Virus record (IMG/VR): IMGVR_UViG_3300012853_000040
Span: 1-53,311 of that record
From: a virus
Taxonomy: Duplodnaviria; Caudoviricetes
Reading direction: 5' to 3' (one strand)
Length of the DNA: 53,311 nt
Translations under genes and position numbers: made by a program
In this document: piece by piece, positions 35,347 to 43,214 of the stretch
How the letters are laid out: every line of letters begins with the position of its first letter
Position numbering within the stretch: the first letter of the stretch is position 1
The notes under the pieces: generated by a model
Databases searched by the model: none
Told to the model about the DNA's origin: nothing
What the model saw: the letters and a program-made list of their open reading frames with translations, nothing else

Positions 35347-35739
35347 TTAGCGAGGGGCGGAGTAGGGGCCTTCAGCGTCGAAGCTGGCGCCCTCGCGCTT
35401 CATGCTAGCCGGGGTGCGAAGCGTGGCGTTCTGATTATCCAGGACCCACCAGGTCCCGCGCTCATCACGGGCGAACAGCACGGCGTGACGAATGCCGCGC
35501 CAATCGAAACCCAGAACGACTCGAAGGTCGCGCGGATCATGGCCCAAGGCGAGCAAGGCGGCGCGCTTAGTCAGGGCGAAATCCTCGCAGTCGCCGAACT
35601 TGCCGCCCGTGGTCCAGACGTCCCGTCCGGCCGGGTCAGGGCGATAGGACATCGAGCTGTTAACGCCAGCCTGAACGGCTTCCAGGTCAGCAAGGGGGCC
35701 GCCTAGCAGGGCGGCGGCGAGGGCGAGAGCTGCGAGCAT
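35347..35739 (-). CDS. Exported transglutaminase-like cysteine protease (BTLCP / C93, LapG-like)
   Basis: Signal-like N-terminus; VN....Y..D....D.W, GDCEDFA..K, HAVL, VLDN triad. Confidence 0.85.
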   Translation of the reverse strand: MLAALALAAALLGGPLADLEAVQAGVNSSMSYRPDPAGRDVWTTGGKFGDCEDFALTKRAALLALGHDPRDLRVVLGFDWRGIRHAVLFARDERGTWWVLDNQNATLRTPASMKREGASFDAEGPYSAPR

Positions 35740-35779
35740 GTGGTGACTCCGTGGTTGCGTGACCGTTGTTTCATGAATG

Positions 35780-36140
35780 ACTTAGGCAATCAACCTAATA
35801 GTGACTGCCGCGCAACAGATAGGCCGTGAAACACTTAGGCGTGGCGCCCGTGAAACACTTAGGCACGCGTGCCTAAGAGATTGGCGAGCTGTTGCCTAAG
35901 TTAATCAGCGCGCCAGGGCGTCACCTAAACCCCATTGAATACAGTTGCCTAAGTGATTGCGGGTCCCTCTTCGGTGGGGCCTGGGAGGGCGGGGGGCGCT
36001 GAGCCCCGGTGTTTCACCCGGTTCAAAATAGCCCAGGGTGCATATTAACTTAGGCAACGACCCCCATCTCGACCCTGGTAGGGTGGAACAGTGGAACGAG
36101 CGGTCCGAAAGCTCGTTCCGGGGTCACATTCACTTAGGCA
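35780..36140. repeat. CTTAGGC/GCCTAAG heptamer cluster around cos candidate
   Basis: Copies near 35781, 35834, 35858, 35870, 35894, 35947, 36049, 36133 in both orientations. Confidence 0.8.
35961..36004 (+). other. Candidate cos site (12-nt GGGGCGCTGAGC at 35993-36004, with upstream cosQ-like GGGTCCC)
   Basis: 10/12 match to the Chi cohesive end GGTGCGCAGAGC as I recall it; same position beside the primase gene. Confidence 0.65.
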
Positions 36141-36392
36141 ACTGTATATTCACAACTTTTAGGGTGCCTGGAACAGTGGAACAGTGGAACGAGCTTTTTC
36201 TAGGAGTTGTCAAAGATAGAAGGGGGATTCCTAAGCCTTTCGGCAGCCCGTGGTAGGCTCAGGAGGGCGTGACGCGCGAGAGTCTATAGGGAAATGCTCG
36301 TTCCACCGTTCCGCTGTTCCACTTGGCCCGCAAACCCGCATGAAACCTGGGTCCGACCCCGGAACGAGAAGTGGAACGAGAAGTGGAACGAG
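36083..36392. repeat. GTGGAAC(A/GAG) iteron-like repeats, putative replication origin
   Basis: About 12 GGAAC cores in direct and inverted clusters downstream of primase. Confidence 0.7.
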
Positions 36393-36463
36393 CGCGGGAT
36401 TCCGCGAAAACGCCCGAAAAGGCGCCAAAACGGGGAAGTTTTTCGGAGGTTTGTTTTGGGGTG

Positions 36464-36502
36464 ATTCCAGGGCGATTAAGCGATTCTTAATCGCCCTGGA
36501 AT
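36464..36502. promoter_or_regulatory. Perfect 17-bp inverted repeat containing TTAA-N7-TTAA and GANTC
   Basis: ATTCCAGGGCGATTAAG-CGATT-CTTAATCGCCCTGGAAT. Confidence 0.7.
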
Positions 36503-36507
36503 GTTGC

Positions 36508-39090
36508 CTATTCGAGGTCGTTGAGACCCATGCGGGCCAGCTTGCCGACCTCGCCGCCGCGGTAGAACACGCGCTGCTTGCCGTAGCCCTTGAAGCGATG
36601 CTGGGAGCCGTCGCCGCCCCAGCCCGGCACGCGGAGCATGGCGCGATTGACCATCGCCTGCTCCTGGGTCTTGAAGGCCCGCGGATCGCCGTTGAGGCAT
36701 TCCACCCAGATCTGGGCCGTGCAGGTCTCGTTGCGAACTTCGCCCTCACCCTCGTCGTCGAGGCCGCCATTGCTGACCGGGCGTTCGAGCCATTCTGCGA
36801 TGCGGCCGGCGAGGACGTCGTCGGCATTTTCGACGCGCCGCGACTCCTGCAGCCGTGCGGCATAGAGACGGGCGTCCGGATCGGTCAGATAGAGCGGCAG
36901 GGTGCCGTGGGCCTTCTCGGCGCGCATCTGACGATAGAGGGCGGTCGCCTCGGCCCACAACTGATCGACGGACTGCTCCAGGGCGTCCGTGTCGATTTCC
37001 TCGTCTTCGCCGAGGCGACACTGGACCGGCCAGAAGCGGCGTCCGCCCGTGTCGTCCTTCAGGTATTCCCGATCGTTGGTCGACCCGATGAAGATGCACT
37101 GCCGCGGAAACTCGCCGGCCCGGCGGGCGTAGGCCAGGCGGGCGCGATCCTTCTGGCGGCTGATGAACGCCTTGATGGCGCGCACGTCAGCGCGGCTGAA
37201 GCCGGTCAGCTCGGGGATCTCCATGATCCAGGCGCCCTGCATCAGTTCGATCATCTGCTTGGTGTCGCTGAACTCGCCGTCGAGTTCAGCGAACCAGCGA
37301 CGCCCGAGCACCGAGATGAAGGTGGACTTCCGCTTGCCCTGCAGGCCTTCCAGGATCGTCGCGAAGTCGAACTTGTGACCGGGCTCGAAGATCCGCGTCA
37401 CGGCGGCAACCATCATCAGGCGCGCGACGGTGCGGTGATAGATGTCGTCCGGCGCGCGCAGATAGTTGACGTACAGCGCCTCCACGCGAGGCACGCCGTC
37501 CCACTTCAGACCGGTCAGATATTCGCGCACCGGGTGGAACGCATTGCGATTGGCCGCGAGGACCACGGCAGCTTTGAGGTCCCGGTCTGAGACCTTCAGG
37601 CCATAGCCACCCTGACTTTGCGGCGCCTCCAGGATCGAGCGGATCGCGAAGTCGCGGTCATCCGACCACAGTTCGCCGTTCAGGGTGTCCTTCACGTCCC
37701 AGACGCGACCTTCGAGCTGGCGCGCCATCTTCACGGCGTTGCGGCGCCGGTTCTTCTGGCGCCCCGGCAAAGTGCGCTGGACCGTCTCCTGGGTGAACTC
37801 GTTGAGTTGCGGGAGCCCGACGATCCGCGGATCGTTGCAGATGATCAGCTCGACGTTGTGCAGCGTCGGCTTGGGGACTGATTTTTCTTCGGACAGGTCC
37901 AGCAGCGACAACCAGTCGCCGGCCGCGGGGTGCGCGGAAATCTTGGCGCCGTCGCCGCCGCCCGTGAACTCGTCGAGGTCATCGATCGCCGCGGGAGCAG
38001 GGGAGGGCTTGCCCCCCAGCACGTCCGCCAGCGGGTCGTCGACATCGGCCTGGGTCTGCGATTCCTCCAGGTCCAGCGTGTCGTCCTCGTCTTCCTCCTC
38101 GAAGCGGTTTCGCATGTCGGCGATGCGGGCCTGCTGCGCCCACTGGCGAATGGTCGCCATCGTGACCGGCTGACCCCGATACTTGCCGAAGGAGCGCCAT
38201 TTGATGCGCCGCATCTCGCGAAGTTGGCTGTCGCCCGTGAACTTCTTCGAGCGCTTGGTGTGCTGAATCCAGAGATCCAGCCCCTCCGCCGATCCGCCGA
38301 ACTGGTGGTGCAGCGCCTGGCCAAGCCGAACCCAGTCGTCATAGTGGAGATCGCTGATCTGGATCAGATCCAGCTCGCGTTCCAACTGCCCAGGCTTGAA
38401 GTCCAGCGGCTCACGCGCCTCGAAGGCGTAGGTCGAGGTCTCCGCAGCGCCTAGCGCTTCGATAACGGCTGAGGCGATGGTTGGCGCGATGCCCAGATCC
38501 AGCATCTGCAGATCGAAGGTGCGCTCCCAAACGTAGGGTCGCCCGGTGTCGGGGTGGATGCTGGGCGGCATGGCCACCTGCTTTCCCGTGCCGAACAGTT
38601 CGATTTCCCAGTCGTAGGACCATTTCTCCCGGACCTCGCCCGTGTCGTGGTCCACGACTTCACGGCGGTGTTTACCCTCTGACGTCAGCAGCAGCTTGCT
38701 GGAGAACGCCTTGTCCGAGATGAAATAGAGGTGCCGCGACTCGCCGCCGGAGCCAGAGGCCACGCGGGGCAGCGTATCGAGCCCGATGGTGGGGAGCAGG
38801 GCGCGGAGCGCGTCCCAGGCTTCATCGGCCAGTTCGGCAATGCGGATGTCGGCGTCCAGAACGTGGACGTAGCCGGCGGGCGTCAGCGATGGTTCGCCTA
38901 GCCGGAGGCCGAGGTTGTTGCCGGGTCGGTGGCTGCGCTGCAGTTCGTCTAGCGAGGCGACGGGCTTGTCTTGCCAGCCCTTGCCGATCGGCCGCTTCTC
39001 CCGTGGATGCAGCCAGTGGAGCGCAAACCCGGCTTCGCGCAGCGGCGCGATCGCGGACAAGACGCTCCCGTCGTGTTGGTCAGTGGTCAT
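36508..39090 (-). CDS. Primase-helicase (Prim-Pol + PriCT-2 + VirE/VapE ATPase)
   Basis: N.G.R.G, D.D, H.YF, V.MPPSIHP.TG..Y.W; YDDW..LG.ALH; G.QG..KST, EI.EL, GSTN..EYL.D.TG.RRF. Confidence 0.92.
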   Translation of the reverse strand: MTTDQHDGSVLSAIAPLREAGFALHWLHPREKRPIGKGWQDKPVASLDELQRSHRPGNNLGLRLGEPSLTPAGYVHVLDADIRIAELADEAWDALRALLPTIGLDTLPRVASGSGGESRHLYFISDKAFSSKLLLTSEGKHRREVVDHDTGEVREKWSYDWEIELFGTGKQVAMPPSIHPDTGRPYVWERTFDLQMLDLGIAPTIASAVIEALGAAETSTYAFEAREPLDFKPGQLERELDLIQISDLHYDDWVRLGQALHHQFGGSAEGLDLWIQHTKRSKKFTGDSQLREMRRIKWRSFGKYRGQPVTMATIRQWAQQARIADMRNRFEEEDEDDTLDLEESQTQADVDDPLADVLGGKPSPAPAAIDDLDEFTGGGDGAKISAHPAAGDWLSLLDLSEEKSVPKPTLHNVELIICNDPRIVGLPQLNEFTQETVQRTLPGRQKNRRRNAVKMARQLEGRVWDVKDTLNGELWSDDRDFAIRSILEAPQSQGGYGLKVSDRDLKAAVVLAANRNAFHPVREYLTGLKWDGVPRVEALYVNYLRAPDDIYHRTVARLMMVAAVTRIFEPGHKFDFATILEGLQGKRKSTFISVLGRRWFAELDGEFSDTKQMIELMQGAWIMEIPELTGFSRADVRAIKAFISRQKDRARLAYARRAGEFPRQCIFIGSTNDREYLKDDTGGRRFWPVQCRLGEDEEIDTDALEQSVDQLWAEATALYRQMRAEKAHGTLPLYLTDPDARLYAARLQESRRVENADDVLAGRIAEWLERPVSNGGLDDEGEGEVRNETCTAQIWVECLNGDPRAFKTQEQAMVNRAMLRVPGWGGDGSQHRFKGYGKQRVFYRGGEVGKLARMGLNDLE

Positions 39091-39129
39091 TCAAACGCCC
39101 TAGGAACGGCCCCTGTGGGGGCGTCGATG

Positions 39130-39459
39130 TCAGGCGCCGATGCCGTTGCCGTAGACGAACGGGTCGAAATCTCGAATGGAGGGAGGGGTGCGGCCGAGCG
39201 CGTCGAGAACCTTTACGTTCTCCTCGCTGTTGGCCAGCTTCAGCAGAAGGCCCGCCTTTTCGCCGCTCAGGCGGCTCTTACGCAGCCATCGATAGACACC
39301 TTCGTGGCTCATTCCGGTGGCCTTGCGCAGCTTTGGCACGCTCAGAACCGGGGTGTCGCTGAAGGGGTTCAGCACGAAGATCGGCAGCACTTGCACCAGC
39401 GTCTTGTAGAGCGGGCCGGTGGTGAAGTTCTCGGCGGGGGCCGTGGCGGCAGTAGACAT
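39130..39459 (-). CDS. Small HTH (Cro-like) regulator
   Basis: LRKATGMSHEGVYRWL; start re-called at ATG 39459; upstream of primase as in Chi-like phages. Confidence 0.7.
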   Translation of the reverse strand: MSTAATAPAENFTTGPLYKTLVQVLPIFVLNPFSDTPVLSVPKLRKATGMSHEGVYRWLRKSRLSGEKAGLLLKLANSEENVKVLDALGRTPPSIRDFDPFVYGNGIGA

Positions 39460-39517
39460 GCGGGTGCGACGCTCCGGGACAGTGTGGGGGAGACCGTATC
39501 TCGTGTCCGGGGCGAAA

Positions 39518-39580
39518 TCAACAGGGTGGTGAGGATAAATCACTAAGGGGTTGAAACGGGATTTGAGGTGTGCGTAGATA
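39518..39580. promoter_or_regulatory. Divergent promoter region with two operators
   Basis: Operators at 39518-39532 and 39540-39554; rightward TTGAAA-18 bp-TAGATA. Confidence 0.65.
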
Positions 39581-39633
39581 GTCGGGACACGCCGCCCCGG
39601 CCGTCGACATCCATTGAACCAGGGACCACCCCC

Positions 39634-40233
39634 ATGAGTCTTGAAGCCGCCCTCGCAGCGCACGCTGAAGTGATTGCCGCCAACACCGCCGAAACCCGAC
39701 GCAACAACGACTTTCTGGAACGCGTGATCGCCGGCCAGGCCGCCGCCCTCGAAAAGATCGAGACGCCGAAGGCCCCGCGCACGACCAAAAAGGCCGACGC
39801 GCCTGCACCGGCCTCCGACGCCCCCTCTACGGCTCCGGCCGCTGAAGCGCCTGCGTCGGCTCCGACCCCCGAAGCCGCGTCGTCAGCAGCGACCGAGGTC
39901 AGCGACGCCGACGTGCGTAATGCGGCCGTCGCCTGGATGGCGAAGGTTGATCCGGCGGGTGAAGCCGACCCGAGCAAGAAGGACATGGCCAAGCGCACCG
40001 AATGCGCCGCCTTCCTGGGCGACATCCTGAACTGGATGGGATTCCCGGCCGGCGCGAAGATCACCGGCCCGGACGCCACCCTGTCGGCGGAGCAGCGCCA
40101 GCAGGCGGTCTTCTTCATCAACCGCCGCGCTGCCGGGCTGACTGTCGACTTCAGCGCCGACTACGACTTCGACGGCGACCCCGCCCAGGGCGCTGCAGCG
40201 GCTCCGGCCGCGGTGGTCGATCCTCTGGGCTGA
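39634..40233 (+). CDS. Hypothetical replication-module protein, C-terminus VVDPLG
   Basis: MSLEAAL start; Ala/Pro linker; acidic tail. Confidence 0.75.
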   Translation: MSLEAALAAHAEVIAANTAETRRNNDFLERVIAGQAAALEKIETPKAPRTTKKADAPAPASDAPSTAPAAEAPASAPTPEAASSAATEVSDADVRNAAVAWMAKVDPAGEADPSKKDMAKRTECAAFLGDILNWMGFPAGAKITGPDATLSAEQRQQAVFFINRRAAGLTVDFSADYDFDGDPAQGAAAAPAAVVDPLG

Positions 40234-40239
40234 TCGGAA

Positions 40240-40460
40240 TCCGCTCCGCTGTCAACGCGGCAACACCCCACTCAAGAACGGCCCTGATTTTCCGCGTTTC
40301 TGGGGCCGGGGAACGAAGTCCCAGGCGAGCTTGTGTCGGGTGGTGGAGCGGACCCTGGCCCTTCGGGGCCGGGGCTTTCCGGCGAGGTGTGGCGCGGTCA
40401 GCCGGTCATAGCCCTCAGCGTCAGGTCACCCCCGCCCCACGCTGAGCGGTCGCCACATCT
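40240..40460 (+). ncRNA. Candidate structured RNA(s) and terminator
   Basis: Long-range stems 40240-49/40343-52 and 40385-94/40451-60 with nested hairpins; UUCG-loop hairpin at 40353-40374. Confidence 0.4.
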
Positions 40461-40498
40461 CCCCCGAGAGCCTTTCTCGATTACTAGGGACCAAAACT

Positions 40499-40921
40499 AT
40501 GCAACGTGACAACCTCATCGCCGCAGCAGCGGCCCTCGCGATGACCGGCGGTGGTCATCTGACGCCTCGTCAAATCGGCGACGGAACCAAACGCCGTCGC
40601 GCCCGTGAGGCGGATCGCACCGCGCAACTAGCGATCCGCCACAAAGATCATGTCGACGATTTCACTCGTCAGCAGGAGCGTCGTTTCGACCTGAAGACCC
40701 GCAAACACACAGCGTCGGTCGACCGCAGAGCCGAGGTCAACAATCGCGTACCCAACAGGCCGGATATGACCGTGGTGCGGGCGAACAAAGACCGCGGCGT
40801 CACGGAGCCTCGCGGACTTGGTTGGGTGGGTCACTTGCACAGCGTCGCTCGGGCGGCTGTCGCTATGGCGGCCATTTCCGAGGTCGTCCGCAAGCCGCGC
40901 GCTAAGAAAGTGGCCGCCTAA
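40499..40921 (+). CDS. Basic hypothetical protein
   Basis: 140 aa; AGGGA SD; ends KKVAA. Confidence 0.6.
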   Translation: MQRDNLIAAAAALAMTGGGHLTPRQIGDGTKRRRAREADRTAQLAIRHKDHVDDFTRQQERRFDLKTRKHTASVDRRAEVNNRVPNRPDMTVVRANKDRGVTEPRGLGWVGHLHSVARAAVAMAAISEVVRKPRAKKVAA

Positions 40922-40924
40922 CCC

Positions 40925-41113
40925 ATGGAACCCGCCGCCGATCCCGTCTGGACATCCGACGTGCCCGCCCTCGCCACCGCGATGGAGGAACTGTCACCGG
41001 CCGAACGGGATCGGCGCATCGCCTTAGCAGGCGAGAAGATCGTGGACCTTCGGATGCCGCTGCTGCGTGAGCAACGCATCAACGCCGCGAAACGAAGCCT
41101 GGGAATCGCATGA
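40925..41113 (+). CDS. Small hypothetical protein
   Basis: 62 aa; ATGA-coupled to the next gene. Confidence 0.55.
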   Translation: MEPAADPVWTSDVPALATAMEELSPAERDRRIALAGEKIVDLRMPLLREQRINAAKRSLGIA

Positions 41114-42339
41114 CGGACGTTGAACGGCTAGATGACGACCTGGCGCACGCGCCGCTCGGCCCTTCGGCCGCAGAAGGTTGGGCCACCTGCTCCGACTATG
41201 TCAACGCGAACGCCGGCCTGCCGGATGAACCGACCTTCCCGGCCGCGGAGGGGACGGCTGCCCACGCCATTTCGGATCTGTGCTTGACGCTGGGATTCGA
41301 CGCCGCGGATTTCATCGGCACGACGACCAAGATCCTGGAGTGGGAGTTCACCTGGACCGCCGAGGACGCAGCCCTTCTGCAGCGCGGCATCGATCGTGTG
41401 CGAGCGTTGGGCGGCCAGTTCTACGGAGAGCGCCGGGTCGACATCGCCCACTGGACGATTCCCGGCCAGTTCGGAACGCTGGACCGCGCGGTGCTCGTTC
41501 TGATCGACGGCGTCTGGTGGATTTTCATCATCGACCTGAAGTGGGGCCGCTGGCCCGTGTATCCGGTCGACAACAAGCAGCTCGTCCTTTACGCGCTTGG
41601 CTTCTGGAACGACATCGCGCGTCACATCGTCGGCGAGGCGCCGGTTCGTTTCCACCTGGAGATCGATCAGCCGCGCTCAGCCGGCGGCGGCGGGGTCTGG
41701 CAGACGAGTCTCGATACGTTGCTGCGTGCCGGCGACTGGCTGCGCGAGCGCGCGACGGAAACCCAGGTCCCCTATCCCGAGCGCACGGCCTCGGAGAAGG
41801 GTTGCGCCTTCTGCCGTCGCAAACTGCTGAAGAACGGCGGCTGTTCGACCTATGACACCTTCAATCGTCTGCTGATCGGCGCCAAGTTCGACGAGGAGCC
41901 CGAGGTCACGGCGCTGGTCCCACAGGCAGCGCTGACGCCGGAACAGCGCGCGTTCGTCCTGTCGCACAAGAAGATGATCAGCACCTGGCTGGAGCAACTT
42001 GAGGCCCAGGAGCTTGAAGATTTCCTCGCCGGCCGCCCGACGCCAGGCCGCAAGGCGGTGGTGGATACCCAAAAGGGAACCCGCGCCAAATGGAAGAACG
42101 AGAAGGAGGCTGAGGCCGCCCTGGTGCCGCTTATCGGCGAGAAGAGTTTCACCAAGAAGTTGATAACGCCCGCGCAGGCGCGTAAGCAGATCTCCAAGGA
42201 GGACTTCGCCAAAATCGCTTCGGTCATCAATCCGGGCGAGAGCGGCAAGTCGATGGTCCCCCTTGAAGATGCACGGTCGGCGATCGCCGTCGTGCTTTTC
42301 GATGAAGAAGACGTAGAAGTCGGAGAAGACGAGAAGTGA
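41110..42339 (+). CDS. Cas4-like PD-(D/E)XK exonuclease (DUF2800)
   Basis: HA.L.PS.A..W..C, A.EGT.AH, FGT.D, DLK.G, N.QL.LYALG, C.FC. Confidence 0.88.
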   Translation: MTDVERLDDDLAHAPLGPSAAEGWATCSDYVNANAGLPDEPTFPAAEGTAAHAISDLCLTLGFDAADFIGTTTKILEWEFTWTAEDAALLQRGIDRVRALGGQFYGERRVDIAHWTIPGQFGTLDRAVLVLIDGVWWIFIIDLKWGRWPVYPVDNKQLVLYALGFWNDIARHIVGEAPVRFHLEIDQPRSAGGGGVWQTSLDTLLRAGDWLRERATETQVPYPERTASEKGCAFCRRKLLKNGGCSTYDTFNRLLIGAKFDEEPEVTALVPQAALTPEQRAFVLSHKKMISTWLEQLEAQELEDFLAGRPTPGRKAVVDTQKGTRAKWKNEKEAEAALVPLIGEKSFTKKLITPAQARKQISKEDFAKIASVINPGESGKSMVPLEDARSAIAVVLFDEEDVEVGEDEK

Positions 42340-43151
42340 GCACCAAACAACCCCTCCCGCCGTTCGAGATGACCCAGAACGGCAAGAACATCGAAATCAA
42401 GCTGCGGCGTGTCCCGCTGTCCTTCGCGGACGTGTGGGAAGCGGCCGAGAGCGAGGACGAGAACGGCAACAAGACCGGTCGCTTCAGTGTCTCCACCAGC
42501 GTGCTGCTGGCGAAGGACACCGAGCGCGGCAAGGCTCAGATCGGGGCCGTCCGTGAAGCCATGAAGATGGCCCGTACTGCTGAGTGGGGCGACGACGCGC
42601 CTGTCATCGGCGCGGACCGTCTGGCGCTGCAGGATGGCGAACCCATCGACCCGAACACGGCCGATCCGGACGTTCCGGGCAGCGGCGAACGCAAGGCCCG
42701 CTGGGACGGCTACGCCGGCATGATGTATGTGTCGGCCAAGCGTTACCTGAAGGCCAAGAACGCCGAGGACGCGGCGAAGGAACTGCGGGAGAAGCACCCT
42801 GTGCAGATCCTGGGTCCGCGCAAGACGGCCGTCGTCGATGGCAAGCCGGCCTTCCCGATCCTGAAGGAGTCGGACGACCTGATCTACAGCGGCGCGGTCT
42901 GCGATGTGATCATCCAGATCTATCCCTACAACGGCACCGGCAAGGGTTCGAACGGCAAGAACCTGCCCCACCGGATCAACGCCAGTCTGGAGGCGATCAA
43001 GTTCGTCGAGCACGGCACCCGCCTCGGCGGCGGCAAGCGCATCGACGCGCAGTCGGCCTTCGACGAGGAAGACGAGGACGATTACGACACCGACAGCGAG
43101 TCCGAGGCTTCGCCTTCGACCGGCGCCGTCATCGACGATCCCCTCGGCTGA
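42336..43151 (+). CDS. ssDNA-binding protein (DUF2815), C-terminus DDPLG
   Basis: V.LSF..VW, L.DG, YSG..C..I...Y, L..I.F...G..LGG; acidic tail. Confidence 0.85.
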   Translation: MSTKQPLPPFEMTQNGKNIEIKLRRVPLSFADVWEAAESEDENGNKTGRFSVSTSVLLAKDTERGKAQIGAVREAMKMARTAEWGDDAPVIGADRLALQDGEPIDPNTADPDVPGSGERKARWDGYAGMMYVSAKRYLKAKNAEDAAKELREKHPVQILGPRKTAVVDGKPAFPILKESDDLIYSGAVCDVIIQIYPYNGTGKGSNGKNLPHRINASLEAIKFVEHGTRLGGGKRIDAQSAFDEEDEDDYDTDSESEASPSTGAVIDDPLG

Positions 43152-43214
43152 CCCGTGGTCCCCGGCCGTCTTCGTGCGGCCGGGGCATCACCATTTTGTT
43201 GAAAGTTCAATGGA

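Noticed and set aside
40240-40460. tRNA gene
   Set aside because: No cloverleaf or T-loop GTTCRA consensus found here; I saw no tRNA elsewhere in the window
41110-42339. Cas4-like nuclease as evidence of a CRISPR-Cas system
   Set aside because: DUF2800 beside DUF2815 is a standard phage replication/recombination pair; no cas1, cas2, effector genes or multi-spacer array seen
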